Source of the DNA: Vitrella brassicaformis CCMP3155
Taxonomy: Eukaryota > Protista > Chromerida
Assembly: GCA_001179505.1 (NCBI GenBank)
Contig: CDMY01000238.1
Span: 90,201 to 154,200 of the forward strand
Direction: 5' to 3'
Length of the DNA stretch: 64,000 bases
Shown: one piece after another, positions 21,701 to 32,903 of the stretch
Layout of the letters: the number at the start of each line of letters is the position of its first letter
Position numbering within the stretch: the first letter of the stretch is position 1
Program-made: the position numbers and the translations under genes
Notes under the pieces: model-generated
Told to the model about the DNA's origin: nothing
Database searches by the model: none
The model's input: the letters and a program-made list of their open reading frames with translations, nothing else

Positions 21701-24700
21701 CACCGCCCTCCCGGGGCGCCCCTTCCTTGGGCCTCAGGAACGAGCTGGGGATGAGGCGGCCACTCGCTGGCGGCACTGCCGGCCTGGGGAAGGGCGGGCT
21801 GCTCTTCTTGTCGCCATTGTCGGGTTTGTGCTCGATGGGTGAGAGGTTGGCCCTGAGGGGCTCCTTGAGTGACCGCAGGAGTGTCAGGGGGTTGGCGTAG
21901 GGGTTGCGGTCCTCGCGGTCAGTGGTGCGGGGCCGGCCGCCGCTGTTGAGGTATCGGTAGACGTGGTGGGAAAACTCACGGTGGTGCCCAGAGCCCTCAC
22001 TCTGACCCAGCATCAGCTCAGCCCGTCGGCGTTTGGCGTCCTGAGCACTCGGGGGCCGCAGGTGGGCGGGGAGCGACGCGTCGGCGTCAGCAATCTGCCA
22101 GTAGATGCGCACGGGGAGCCGCTCGGCCCGGCTGATGGACCGGACACACAGCTGCACCAGCCGCATGAGTGCCGTGGTGTCGCCCTTGTGGGCCAGGGTG
22201 TCGAGGAAGAGGTACAGCCGCCGAAAAGCCTCCTGCCGGTCCCTCAAGAGGGCCGAGCCGTTGTCATCGCCACCCGACTTGTCGTGATCGTCGGTCGCCA
22301 TGTCGGTGTGCTCGCTGCGCACAACGCCACCGAAGAGGAACGAGCACAGCGCCTGGGCGGTGCCTGCACAAACAGAGAAGACACGACAGGCTCATCCGTC
22401 AGCACGCCCATGAATGTGGTTGTCGCTTCCGTGACATACCTGTGTGTAGGAATTCGTATGGCGAGAGGTCCTCTGCGAGCAGGAGGTGCTGCAGCTTGCT
22501 CAGCGCCTCCTTGGCGCTCGACAGGTAGGACGTGTCCACTGGGGGCGCCGACACGGGCATCATCATCTTGGGCCGAGCCGGCGCCACCACCGACGCCATG
22601 GCCGCCTCCATCTCCTCCGGTGACAGGTGGTCGCTCAGCGATTGGGCGCCACTGCCGCCCGCCACACCCATCGTCACATCGCCATCGTTGTCTGCCTCGT
22701 CGTCGGTCGACTGCTGGATGGCTGGGCAGCTCCTGCTGTCGCGCTTGAGTTTGGTGGTGATGGTCTGCAGCTGCTTGAGGTTCTTGTTCTCGGCCACCAT
22801 CTCGGCCACGTACTGCTCCAGCACGGCGTCGGCCGTGGCGCCGATCATCCGGTGGAGGTCGTGGTCGGCGGGGCCGGTGTGCGTCTTGGCGTCCTGGCGG
22901 GCGCGTCGCGGCTCGCCAGTGAGCTTGTAGATGGCGGCGATGAGGCCGTGGCGGACGAACGGCTGGGCGAAAGCGTCGTAGTCGATGGTCAGCACCTCCA
23001 GCACAACAGACAAGGCCGCAAGGATCTGACAACATGCAAGGGCAGCACAAAGACGTGACAGCATGGTACCCTGGTGCTTCTGGCCAGCACTTACCGTGGT
23101 GGGTGATGTGGATGAGGTCAGCAGCCCGGCCATGAAAGAGCTGAGCTCTGTGGCGTCCATGCACTCCAACACCTCCCGCGCCTGCGATATGTCCATGTGC
23201 CCGTTCTCGCCGCCAACCACAGTCCAGCCGTCAGCAGACTCCTTGTGGCTCGACTGCGGGCCCCTCAGCGCGCATGCGAGGTCGGGCTGGACACAGTGGG
23301 AGAGGCACGTGACGCACACCACCAGCATCGACACGGCCAGCGACTGGGTGGCGGAGGAGCCGGCCATCTGGCTGACGTTGATCGACACCAAACGGGGCAG
23401 AAGTGTCCTGCATACAGTCATCACACAAAATGACGCAGACCAGACCGTCCGTGTGTTCCTGCCCTTGCTCACTTCATGAGTTGCTCGATGTGCGGCCAGT
23501 ATGCCCGAATGACCTCCATGCGGCTGTAGTCGAGCACCAGGGCACGCTGGCGGTGCCGCGCCGACCCGCCCCGCGGCCACCTCTGCCGGTCGCTGCCGGG
23601 CGATGGGGCCGCCTCCCACTGGGGATTGTAGTACAGCATCGGCAGCATCGACGCAGCCAGACACAACACGCGCAGCATCAACACGCCCTCAGCACCATCC
23701 TGCAGAGAGGTGGAGAGAGACAGACAGACAGACGGGGGAGATGTGATGATGTGTGTCGTTTTGTTCGTGTGTTGGTGGCTGCTTGCTTACGGCTTGAAAG
23801 AAGTCCCTGAGAATGATGGCGAGGTTCTTGGGCTCCTGTGCGAGTGCCCTTGCAGCGACTTGGTCAGAGTAGTGGGTCATGACCGACACGCAATACGACC
23901 CCCACAGCACGGTGCTCAGGTCGCCCACCTCCCCGGCAAGCCCCTTGGATATGACGTCCAGCAGTCTGGACAGCGGCCCCTCGCCCATCTCGGCAAACAC
24001 CTTGGCGACCAGCTCACCCGAACCCTTCTCCTGGGGCGCCTCATCCTTCTTGTCCTTGTCACCACCAGACGATGATGCCGGTGCCGCGGCCGCGGCAGCT
24101 GCTGCTGCTGCCGGTGGGGGGCTGCCCTTGCGCTCGGGCGGAGCAGCACCGGAGAGCATACTCGCGCGAAGGGCGCTGGAGAGAGAGAGGGATCAACATG
24201 TGATGCCTGGATCTTGTGTATTTCCCTGTGCTGGGTGTGGTGTGTGTTACCTCGATATTTTGGGTGGTGGTGGCTCGTCCGGCATTGTGACCTCGTGGGG
24301 CCCATAGAGATCCACTATGTTGTCTACCACTGACACCCAGCACTCACCAGCATGCTGAATAACCAAGCCACCAGGATACAGGCATTATCAGAGAGACAGA
24401 TGGCCTGATGTGCGTTTGGGGTAGTGCATCGCATCCTACCTGGAGGACTTGTGGGTCGTCGTGCACGAGCAGGTTGGTGAGTGATGAGATGGACGGCTTC
24501 ACCTGATTCACGTACACGTCGCGACTCGGGATGTAGTGCAGCTGCCCTGTTCGACACACACGTGACAGACACCAAACATTAGGGTGGTCCTGGGCTCGGC
24601 GGTCCTGGTCTGTGTGATTGTCATACGTGCGACGGCGGTGACGACGGTTCGGTGGATGGCGAGGGACGGGAAGAAGTCGACGTATTTGAGCATGGCCTCC

Positions 24701-26180
24701 ACACCGCCGGCCTTCAGAATCGCCATCGGCTGCTCGTCCGCTATCTTGCCTAACAGCTGCTCACATCACACAGACATACAGAAGAGTGAGCTGGTTCGTG
24801 GCTTGTCATGTGGTGGTGGTGGCTATGAGTGGGTACTGTACCGATAGGACTGAGTCGATGAGGTCTTCGTATGGTGTCTGGTTGAGCTTGTTACACATCA
24901 CCGGCACACCACCTGCAGTGCAACACACCGGTACACACACGAATCGTGATCCAATACATTCCGGCGGGCCTGCCCTCTCTGTGCGTGTGGTGTGTGCATA
25001 CCTGAGTTGACGACGAGTGTGATGGCCGGCGGCAGCACGTCGATGACCTGGTAGAGGCAGCGCGACGCCATGAGCATCCTGTTGGCGTCGTCGTTGCCGA
25101 ACTGGAGGTTGAAGTGCTGCGCCTCGTCCCCCAGGGCCATGGCCAGCTCCAGCGCCACGGCCTCGTCCACACCGGTGTTCTTGCCCCCGTCCTTGTTCTC
25201 GAGCAGCTCGATGAGCAAAGGCACGAACTCCTCCAGCGGCAGCGACATGACCAGCTCCTCCGACCCCATGAGCAGCTGGTTGCACAGCTCGCTCAGCGCC
25301 AGGCTCTGCGCCTGCGAGTCGGCCGACCGCAGCGACTTGAGCATCTGACTCCACCGTGACGACCCCCCGCCGCCACCGAATGGGTCCCGCAGGTGTCTGC
25401 GGAACATGCCGCTCATCCCACGCACCTCCTCGTCGAGCGGTGAAGCCGCAGCTGCCGCAGGTGGCTCGTCATTGACGGCACCTGAACATACACAATCACA
25501 CATTGATGGACTCGTGGACGCGTCGCCTGTCTCTCTCTGGCTGGCAGCTGACCTGAGGCGGCCGCTGCCGCAGCGTTGGTCTGCCCCTCCTGCCCCTCGT
25601 CCCCCTTGGGACCGCTGGCCCCTCCATCCGACATCTTGGCACGCTTGCTCTTGCGAACACGCCGCGGAGCTGCCGCCTCGTGCTCCTGCTGTTGCTGTTG
25701 TTGCTCTTCCTGTTCTTCTCCCTCTTCCTGGTGATCGATGTCGAGGTCGATCTCTGACGACTTGCGCTTCCGACCCTTGAGCTTCCGGCCCACGGAGGAA
25801 CGACGCTCGCCCACACCTGCTGCAGCAGCCGCGGACGCTCCTGCTGCAGACGACGATGGCCCTGGACCACCCGCCTCCTCTCCCTCCTCCTGACCCTCGC
25901 CTCCCTGCTGCTCAGCCCGTGGTGGGGCAGCCGATGCCGCCCGCCTGGACCGTTTGCTGGCTCGGTTGGCCTCCTTCTTGGCTCGCGCCTTCTCCCTCCT
26001 CTCGTGTCGTCGGTCCCTCTCCGCCCGCTGCTCCTCAACAGACGATGCCGCCGCTGATGCGTGGGCTGGTGGTGCTGGTGGTGCTGGTTGGTTTTGAGGA
26101 TGTGATGCGTTTGCCCTGTGTGCTTGAGACCGCCTCGGGACTGGGGCGTTCTCCCGCCTATCCTTGGCCTTGGTTGACAT
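15798..26180 (-). CDS. HECT-type E3 ubiquitin ligase, UPL3/TRIP12/Ufd4 family (ARM repeats + C-terminal HECT), with very long low-complexity insertions
   Basis: N-terminal ARM region QSLALSELCNQLLMGSEE...FVPLLIELLE...MLMASRCLYQVIDVLP...GGVPVMCNKL. Pre-HECT SLSSKVLRQLTDPLAVIGNQIPTWISRLAVACPYLFFFEARRRLL and RQK.RIGR. HECT C-lobe ...FCQFATG...[40 protein letters not shown] includes the catalytic Cys. Confidence 0.95.
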
Positions 26181-26815
26181 ACACAGAGGGGAGGCACGCG
26201 GGCATCAGTGAGCGGACCAACAACAGCACCCACAGACTGACGGTAGGATCAGGGACAGATAGGCCGAGGGGCGAAGGGAGGGAGAGAGGGAGGGACGAAG
26301 TGAATGCGATGCCGAGGGACCAAACGTGTCTCAAGAATCACCTGCAGACACACATAACACATCGATGTCTCGTTCAGACTGGCCATGGTGACGCCAGCGA
26401 GGCGCCACAGGCACCCAGCTAAGCCATGCTGTGTCCGTGCATGTCTCTCTGATCATAGACGGACCTCGGGTGATGCAAGGATGTCGTATGCTGCCGTGCC
26501 TGACACTCCTGTTGACCCTCTGCTGGGGTAGTGAGCTGTGTCGGCTGCCGGAGTCTCGTAGCGACTCCAACGCGCAAGATCAAAGAAACAGATACTCTAC
26601 AACGCTCTCTGTGGGTGAGCAGCTGCACAAGAGCTCCTCTGTGAACGCCAGAGCCCCTCCAATGGCTCTTTTTCAGCCCTCTGGAAGGAGTGCGAGCTCG
26701 CCCTGGATCGCTTTCCCTCAGCTCGCAGCCGAAGAAGCGACGTCTCCCTTTTCACTGCATCCTGTGAGCCCCTATTCGGTGCTCTCGCGGTTCGTCGCAA
26801 AGATCTGCAAATATC

Positions 26816-29800
26816 ATGGCTTATCGAGGTAGGATGACTCATCTCCCTCACTGGTGAGTGCTCATTCGGGCGCCTCCGTGTGCGCCTCTGTGTCTGTGTG
26901 TGTGCAGATGACGATTTGGTGTGCGCGTGGCCCGTGCCGTCTGACCTGGACATTGCCCAGTCCATCGCGCCCATCCCAATGCAGGAGCTCTCCGCCAAGA
27001 TGGGGCTGGCACAGGAGGAGATACACTACTACGGCAGATACAAGGTCGCACGGGGCACTTTGTGCTGACGGATGAGTCGGCCATGAGTCAAAGTCATCGT
27101 CTGATGCTCTGTGTTGTCATGGTTGTCATGTGTGTCAGGCCAAGGTGGATCTGTGTGTGCTTGATCGGCTGAAGGACGCGCCCAATGGCAAATATGTGGT
27201 CGTCACGGGCGTCACGCCCACACCGCTGGGCGAGGGCAAGACCACCACAACGGTAGGCGCCGCGCAAGGGATGGACAGACGAACACCGATAGAGAGGCCA
27301 TCTGTTTGTCGTGTGTGTTGTCAGGTTGGTTTGAGTCAGGCGTTTGGCAAGCACCTGGGCTGCCCGGTGTTCACGTGCGTCAGGCAACCCAGCATGGGTG
27401 AGTGACTAAGTGAGTGAGTCACCGACACGCAGGACGAGAGGACGACAAAGGATGCTCGCTCACTGCCTCTGCGGGTGCAGGTCCAACCTTTGGGATGAAG
27501 GGAGGCGCGGCTGGCGGGGGATACTCACAAAGTGAGTAAGGTCGACGACGAAGCGAGCACGCGAATGAATGGCCGTTTCCGTGTGTCTGTAGTCATTCCT
27601 ATGGAGGAGTTCAATCTGCACCTCACTGGGGACCTCCACGCCGTCGCGTAAGCACTGACAGCCCAGACACGCACGGGATGGTGCCCTTACTGACTCTGTT
27701 TCTTTCCCCATCCATTCGTGTAGGATTGCCAACAATCTGGTAAACAGACACCGCCCGAACGCGTCTGACTTTCACCACTCTTGTCTTTCGCTTCCCATGA
27801 TGTGGTCCACCAGCTCGCGGCTGCCATCGACACACGCATGTTCCACGAGGTGACCACACACAACGACAGCCAGGCCCTGTGGGCGACTCAACAAGCAACG
27901 CTTTGCCTTCTACGTGGCTGCAGTCGACGCAGAAGGACGAGGCCCTGTTCGACCGGCTCGTCCCGAGGGACTCCGCGGGAGGCAAACGGTGAGTAAGCCC
28001 ACACCAACACACAGCCGCGGGCCAATGGTGAATTCGATTCTGTGACGCAGGCGCTTTGCCCCCGTCATGAAGAAGAGACTCGCCAAACTCGGCATCGACC
28101 CAGAAATAGAGTAAGGACACGCCTCAATCAACAGGTCGATTGGGGTGAATGTGTCCTCTCTCCTGTTTCAGTGGCGACTCGTTGACAGCCGAGCAGAAGG
28201 GTGCGTTTGCGCGTCTGGACATCGACCCCGACACCATCATCACTCGACGAGTCGTAGACGTCAATGACAGGGCACTCAGAGGAATCACCATCGGAAAAGG
28301 TCACACATTCTCACCCCACACGCAATTACGCAACCACCATGACCCGCGCACACGTAGGTGAACGTCTTTTTGGCTGCAGGCGAGAACGAGAAGGCGCCTC
28401 GCGAGACAGGTTTTGACATCGCTGTCGCGTCTGAGGCCATGGCCATCCTGGCTCTCGCCCAAGACCTCCCGGATCTGCGGGACAGACTGGGAAGGGCCGT
28501 CGTCGCATCTAGCAAAAATGGTACGGTGCACATACAGACAGTGGGAGATATGATCCATACACTGCTGTGGTTGTCGTTGCTCTCTGTGTGCAGGCGATGC
28601 GATAACGGCCGACGATTTGGGTGTGGGTGGTGCCATGACGGTGCTGATGAAGGACGCACTGATGCCCACCCTGCTGCAGACACTCGAGGGCACTCCGGTG
28701 TTCGTCCACGCGGGGCCATTCGCTAACATCGCTCACGGCAACTCGAGCATCGTCGCGGGTGAGCCACAGTGCTCGCGAAGAAAGGACGAGGCACTGAGAA
28801 GGATGGTGACATTCGTCGTGTGCAGACAAGGTGGCTTTGAAGATGGTGGGCCCTGAGGGATTCGTCATCACAGAGGCTGGTGAGTGGGTGCGTCAGACAT
28901 ATGTTTCGACGTATCGACACGTGTGCCTTGGTGCGTTTTAGGATTTGGTGCTGATGTTGGTTTTGAGAAGTTTTGCGACATCAAGTGCCGGTCCAGCGGG
29001 CTGCACCCCGACTGTGCCGTCATTGTGGCCACCGTACGGGCACTCAAGGTCAGTGCTGACACACCGCCCACGGCACACCTGCAGCACAAACATTGTCGCA
29101 CACGTGTGTGTTGCGTGCAGCTGCATGGCGGTGGCCCGCCAGTGATCGCGGGGAAGCCCAAGGCACCATGCTACACGGTGAGTAGAGGCACAGACTCACT
29201 CTGACATCGGTTTGCGTGTCTTCTGCACACCGATGTGTGTCGGCTCGCTTGTGTGTGTGGGCAGTCTGAGGAGGTGGATCTCGTCGAGAAGGGCTGCTGC
29301 AACCTGCAAGGTCGGCACAACACTCACTCCTACATACGGACACACACAAGAAAGCCATCTTCATTCATTGATGTGCGTTGGTGGGGCACGTCCATCTGTC
29401 CATCCATCTGTCCATCAGTGCATGTGCGCAACTGCCGCAAGTACGGTCTCCCAGTGGTGGTGTGCGTCAACAGACACCCCACAGACACCGCCCGCGAGAT
29501 CGACATCGTGTGCCAAAAGGCAGTCGAGGCGGGCGCGAACAAAGGTACAGACACCACACGCCGCACATCACCTTGAGTCTCCCATTCGTCTGTTTGCTTG
29601 TGTGTCAGCTGTGTGTGGTGAGCACTGGTCGAGTGGCGGCAAGGGGGCCGTGGCGCTGGCAGAAGCCGTCAAAGAGGTCAGTGACCAAAAGGCAGCACAG
29701 CAAACCATGGGCTCGTGGGCAATCGACGCCTTTTATGGTCCGTGCTGTTACTCTTTGTGTGCGCCTTTTCAGGCGTGCTCGCTGCCAGAGAAAGGTAAGT

Positions 29801-30569
29801 CCGGCAGGCAACAGAGAATGTCTCAGCACCAACATGGGTCATCGTTGTGCTTGCAGCCTTCAGTTTCCTCTACCCCCTGGACATCAGCATCAAGGAGAAA
29901 ATCAGTGAGAGAGACCGACACACACAAACATGGTGACTATCCTTCCGCACCACACGAGTGTGTGTCCCACGTGTGCAGGCGCGATATGTGTGAACATATA
30001 CGGTGCTAAGGACGTCGAGTACTCTGACGTGGCCAACGCCAAAGTCGAACGATTCGAAAAACAAGGTGACCCCGAGACGCCAAGACATATATACGCCCAC
30101 ACCACCTCTCATCGCCTCATTCTTGTGTGTGGTCAGGTTTCTCTGGCATGCCCATCTGCATGGCCAAGACCCAATACTCACTCAGCCACGACGCAGACCT
30201 CAAGGCAAAACAAACAAGCCAACACTTACACACATACACGCACCCATATGTGTGTGTGTGTGTGCTTGCTGCCATGTATGTGTGCTCAGGGCGCTCCCAC
30301 GGGCTTCACTGTCCTCGTCAAGGACGGTGAGCACACGGTTACAAGACAGCACAACACAGATCCGTGTGTGTGCAGTGCGTGCGGCAGTGGGTGCCGGCTT
30401 CATCTATCCTCTGCTCGGACCCATCATGACCATGCCAGGTGGGTCGACCACACCACCGACCACCATGCGTAATCGACCATGGCCGTTGTCTGCAGGTCTG
30501 CCCACCCGCCCCGCGTTTTACGACGTCGACATAGATTTTTCAACAGGCAAGATCACGGGGCTCTTCTGA
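26816..30569 (+). CDS. FTHFS: Formate--tetrahydrofolate ligase (monofunctional FTHFS), many short exons
   Basis: MAYR|[18 protein letters not shown]...[21 protein letters not shown]...VRQPSMG|[16 protein letters not shown]...[11 protein letters not shown]...[17 protein letters not shown]...[13 protein letters not shown]...[10 protein letters not shown]...GAGFIYP...[16 protein letters not shown]...GLF*. No dehydrogenase/cyclohydrolase domain is present. Confidence 0.96.
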
Positions 30570-30852
30570 AGTGCACACTACTGCTCCTGGTGGATGGCAG
30601 TAGTAGGGATGCGGGAGGGCTGCATGCTCTCACGTGTGCAGATACATCCACTAACTCTTGCCTCCTTTTTATGGCTTTTCGCTGCTCCACCCGTGTGACT
30701 GATGGTGGTGGTGCAGCGCATAGGAGGGGTGGGGTGGGGTGCTGTATGTCTGTAAGTACTTACCAGAGCTGCACGCGCGCGTTTTTTTTTATTCATCTGA
30801 CGGACAGCTGGTCAACTGAGTGGGAGGAAGGAGAGAATCGGTATGTGCTCAG

Positions 30853-30932
30853 GGAGGTGTTAGCACAACTGCCACTGCCCTCGTCGGGGCTCCGCTACAG
30901 ACCACAATGCGGGTTCGAACTCCGCCGCCTCC
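30853..30932 (+). ncRNA. tRNA-like element 1 (acceptor stem + T-arm intact; D and anticodon arms degenerate)
   Basis: GGAGGTG...GCGGG-TTCGAAC-TCCGC-CGCCTCC: 7-bp acceptor stem, 5-bp T-stem and 7-nt TTCGAAC loop (B-box-like). Confidence 0.45.
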
Positions 30933-31108
30933 CTCTCTATACTGACGTCTTGTCGCCTCTCTCGTCGTGCGGTGCGCAAAGCACAGATGGATGTGATGGT
31001 GTGGCGTGTTGTCTGTAAGTTACTTGACATGGCCACACGCGCAATTTTTCACTCATTTGACGGGCAGCTGACTGAGTCTGGGGAAGGAGAGAGCTGATGT
31101 GTGTTCAG

Positions 31109-31184
31109 GGAGGTGCTGGCACAACTGCCACTGCCTTCGCCGGCTCCAGCAACCAGCAATGCGGGTTCGAGCCCCGCCGCCTCC
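31109..31184 (+). ncRNA. tRNA-like element 2
   Basis: GGAGGTG...GCGGG-TTCGAGC-CCCGC-CGCCTCC, 76 nt. Confidence 0.45.
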
Positions 31185-31616
31185 TCTTTCTTGCACACGT
31201 CCTGTCGCTTGTTCTGTCGTGACATACGGACGGCCCGTCCTGTCTCTCTGTTTGCGACGATTGACTGAGTGCCCAACCGCCGTGTACAGAGCGCCAGCCA
31301 GCCAGCCACCACCCACCCCACACATACATACCTATGTGTACATGGATGGATGGACGGATGAGTGCAGTACGTGCGCGATTGAGACGCCAGTCGTTGATTC
31401 ATTCAACGATTGTCACAAGCAGCCCTTTTTCCCCACACACGAAGACAATTTTTTGCGGCGTGTGTGAGAAGTGGTGGTGGCGGTGGTGTTGAAAGGTGTG
31501 ATGGCGTGGTGTCTGCTGTCTATTGTCTATAAATACACAGGCAATTTTTCATCGACCTCACCCACAGCTGACCATGGATAGCAGGTGGAAGGAAGGGCGG
31601 CAGTGATTGTGGTTAG

Positions 31617-31690
31617 GGAGGTGTTAGCACAATTGCTGCCACGATCTACCGCTAATTGATCACAATGCGGGTTCGACCCCCGCCGCCTCC
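31617..31690 (+). ncRNA. tRNA-like element 3
   Basis: GGAGGTG...GCGGG-TTCGACC-CCCGC-CGCCTCC, 74 nt. Confidence 0.45.
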
Positions 31691-32066
31691 TCTCTCTTGC
31701 ACACGTCCTGTCGCTTGTTCTGTCGTGCAGTGCACGCAAACGGCCCGTCCTGTCTCTCTGTGGTTGCTCGCCCGCCCGCCGTGTACAGAATAGCCACCCA
31801 CCACCACCACCCACACACCCACCGACCACACACATACACACCTATGTGTCTATGGATGGATGGCTGGACGGACGGGTGCGATGCATGTGCATGATGCACG
31901 TCAGTGAGAGAGACCGAGACCATTGACACGCGATTCATTGATTCAACGATTAGTCGGAAGCAGCCCTTTTTTCCCACACACGAAGACGGTTTTTTGTGGC
32001 GTGGATGAGAAATGCTGGCGGTGGTGGTGAAAGGTTTGATGGAGAGGGACGCCCTTTGCTTTGCAG

Positions 32067-32144
32067 CGAGGTGTTGGCACAATTCTGTTGCTGCCTTGAC
32101 ATCTAGCGATTCACCACAATGCGGGTTCGAACTCCGCCACCTTC
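32067..32144 (+). ncRNA. tRNA-like element 4
   Basis: CGAGGTG...GCGGG-TTCGAAC-TCCGC-CACCTTC. The T-G acceptor pair of the other copies is T-A here. Confidence 0.4.
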
Positions 32145-32343
32145 CTCTCTCTCCACCGACGTCATGCCGCTTGTTCTGTCATGCGGTGCAGTGCAGTGCG
32201 AACGGCCCGTCCTGTCTCTCTTGCTGAATTCACTTATTGCCCGCCCGTCGTGTACAGAGGGGCCGCCCACCCACCCACCCACCCACCCACATACAGACAG
32301 ACCTGCGTGTACCTGGACGGATGGACGAAGTCATGTGCAACAT

Positions 32344-32414
32344 CGCTTCCGCAAAGGATTGAACTTCGATCTTCCGGTTTACGGCCGGATGCTCTTCCAT
32401 TGAGCTACAGAAGC
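32344..32414 (-). tRNA. Atypical tRNA gene or pseudogene (folds with anticodon GTA; body looks Thr-like)
   Basis: Reverse complement folds as GCTTCTG TA GCTC AATGGAA GAGC A TCCGG CCGTAAA CCGGA AGAT CGAAG TTCAATC CTTTG CGGAAGC G. All four stems pair, but position 33 is C rather than the near-invariant U. Confidence 0.6.
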
Positions 32415-32532
32415 TTGCTTCATTCTAGAAACACTCTGCTCACTTTGACGCGATTGTCACGAGCAGCCACCCACGTCCACACACGCATACGGACATGCAG
32501 AAGTGTCCCTGCACTCACCCACCCACCCACCC

Positions 32533-32832
32533 NNNNNNNNNNNNNNNNNNNNNNNNNNNNNNNNNNNNNNNNNNNNNNNNNNNNNNNNNNNNNNNNNNNN
32601 NNNNNNNNNNNNNNNNNNNNNNNNNNNNNNNNNNNNNNNNNNNNNNNNNNNNNNNNNNNNNNNNNNNNNNNNNNNNNNNNNNNNNNNNNNNNNNNNNNNN
32701 NNNNNNNNNNNNNNNNNNNNNNNNNNNNNNNNNNNNNNNNNNNNNNNNNNNNNNNNNNNNNNNNNNNNNNNNNNNNNNNNNNNNNNNNNNNNNNNNNNNN
32801 NNNNNNNNNNNNNNNNNNNNNNNNNNNNNNNN
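32533..32832. other. Scaffold gap (300 N)
   Basis: Run of exactly 300 n. Confidence 1.
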
Positions 32833-32903
32833 AACCCAGCCAGCCAGGTCAAAAGTATCTCTCTAAAACCGACAGTCTTAAAGCCAACGCACGGCATGGA
32901 CCG

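Larger units (their letters stand above)
30741..32530 (+). repeat. Diverged tandem array of 4 units (about 260-500 bp), each containing a tRNA-like element
   Basis: Recurring blocks (A)GGGAGGTG(T/C)T(A/G)GCACAA...CAATGCGGGTTCGA...CCGCC.CCT.C, CACGTCCTGTCGCTTGTTCTGTCGTG, CGGCCCGTCCTGTCTCTCT and CGATTGTCAC.AGCAGCC. Confidence 0.8.

Noticed and set aside
17855-22748. Long plus-strand ORFs (for example 17855-19021, 18774-19397, 21124-21900, 21963-22748)
   Set aside because: Antisense shadows of the GC-rich HECT ligase exons; no domain content or independent splice signals.
26431-26832. Upstream ORF as a signal-peptide extension of FTHFS
   Set aside because: It ends in a stop at 26832 and is out of frame with the ATG at 26816, which gives an N-terminus matching other FTHFS proteins.
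30741-32530. CRISPR-like array
   Set aside because: Units are hundreds of bp and diverged, the context is eukaryotic, and no cas genes are present.
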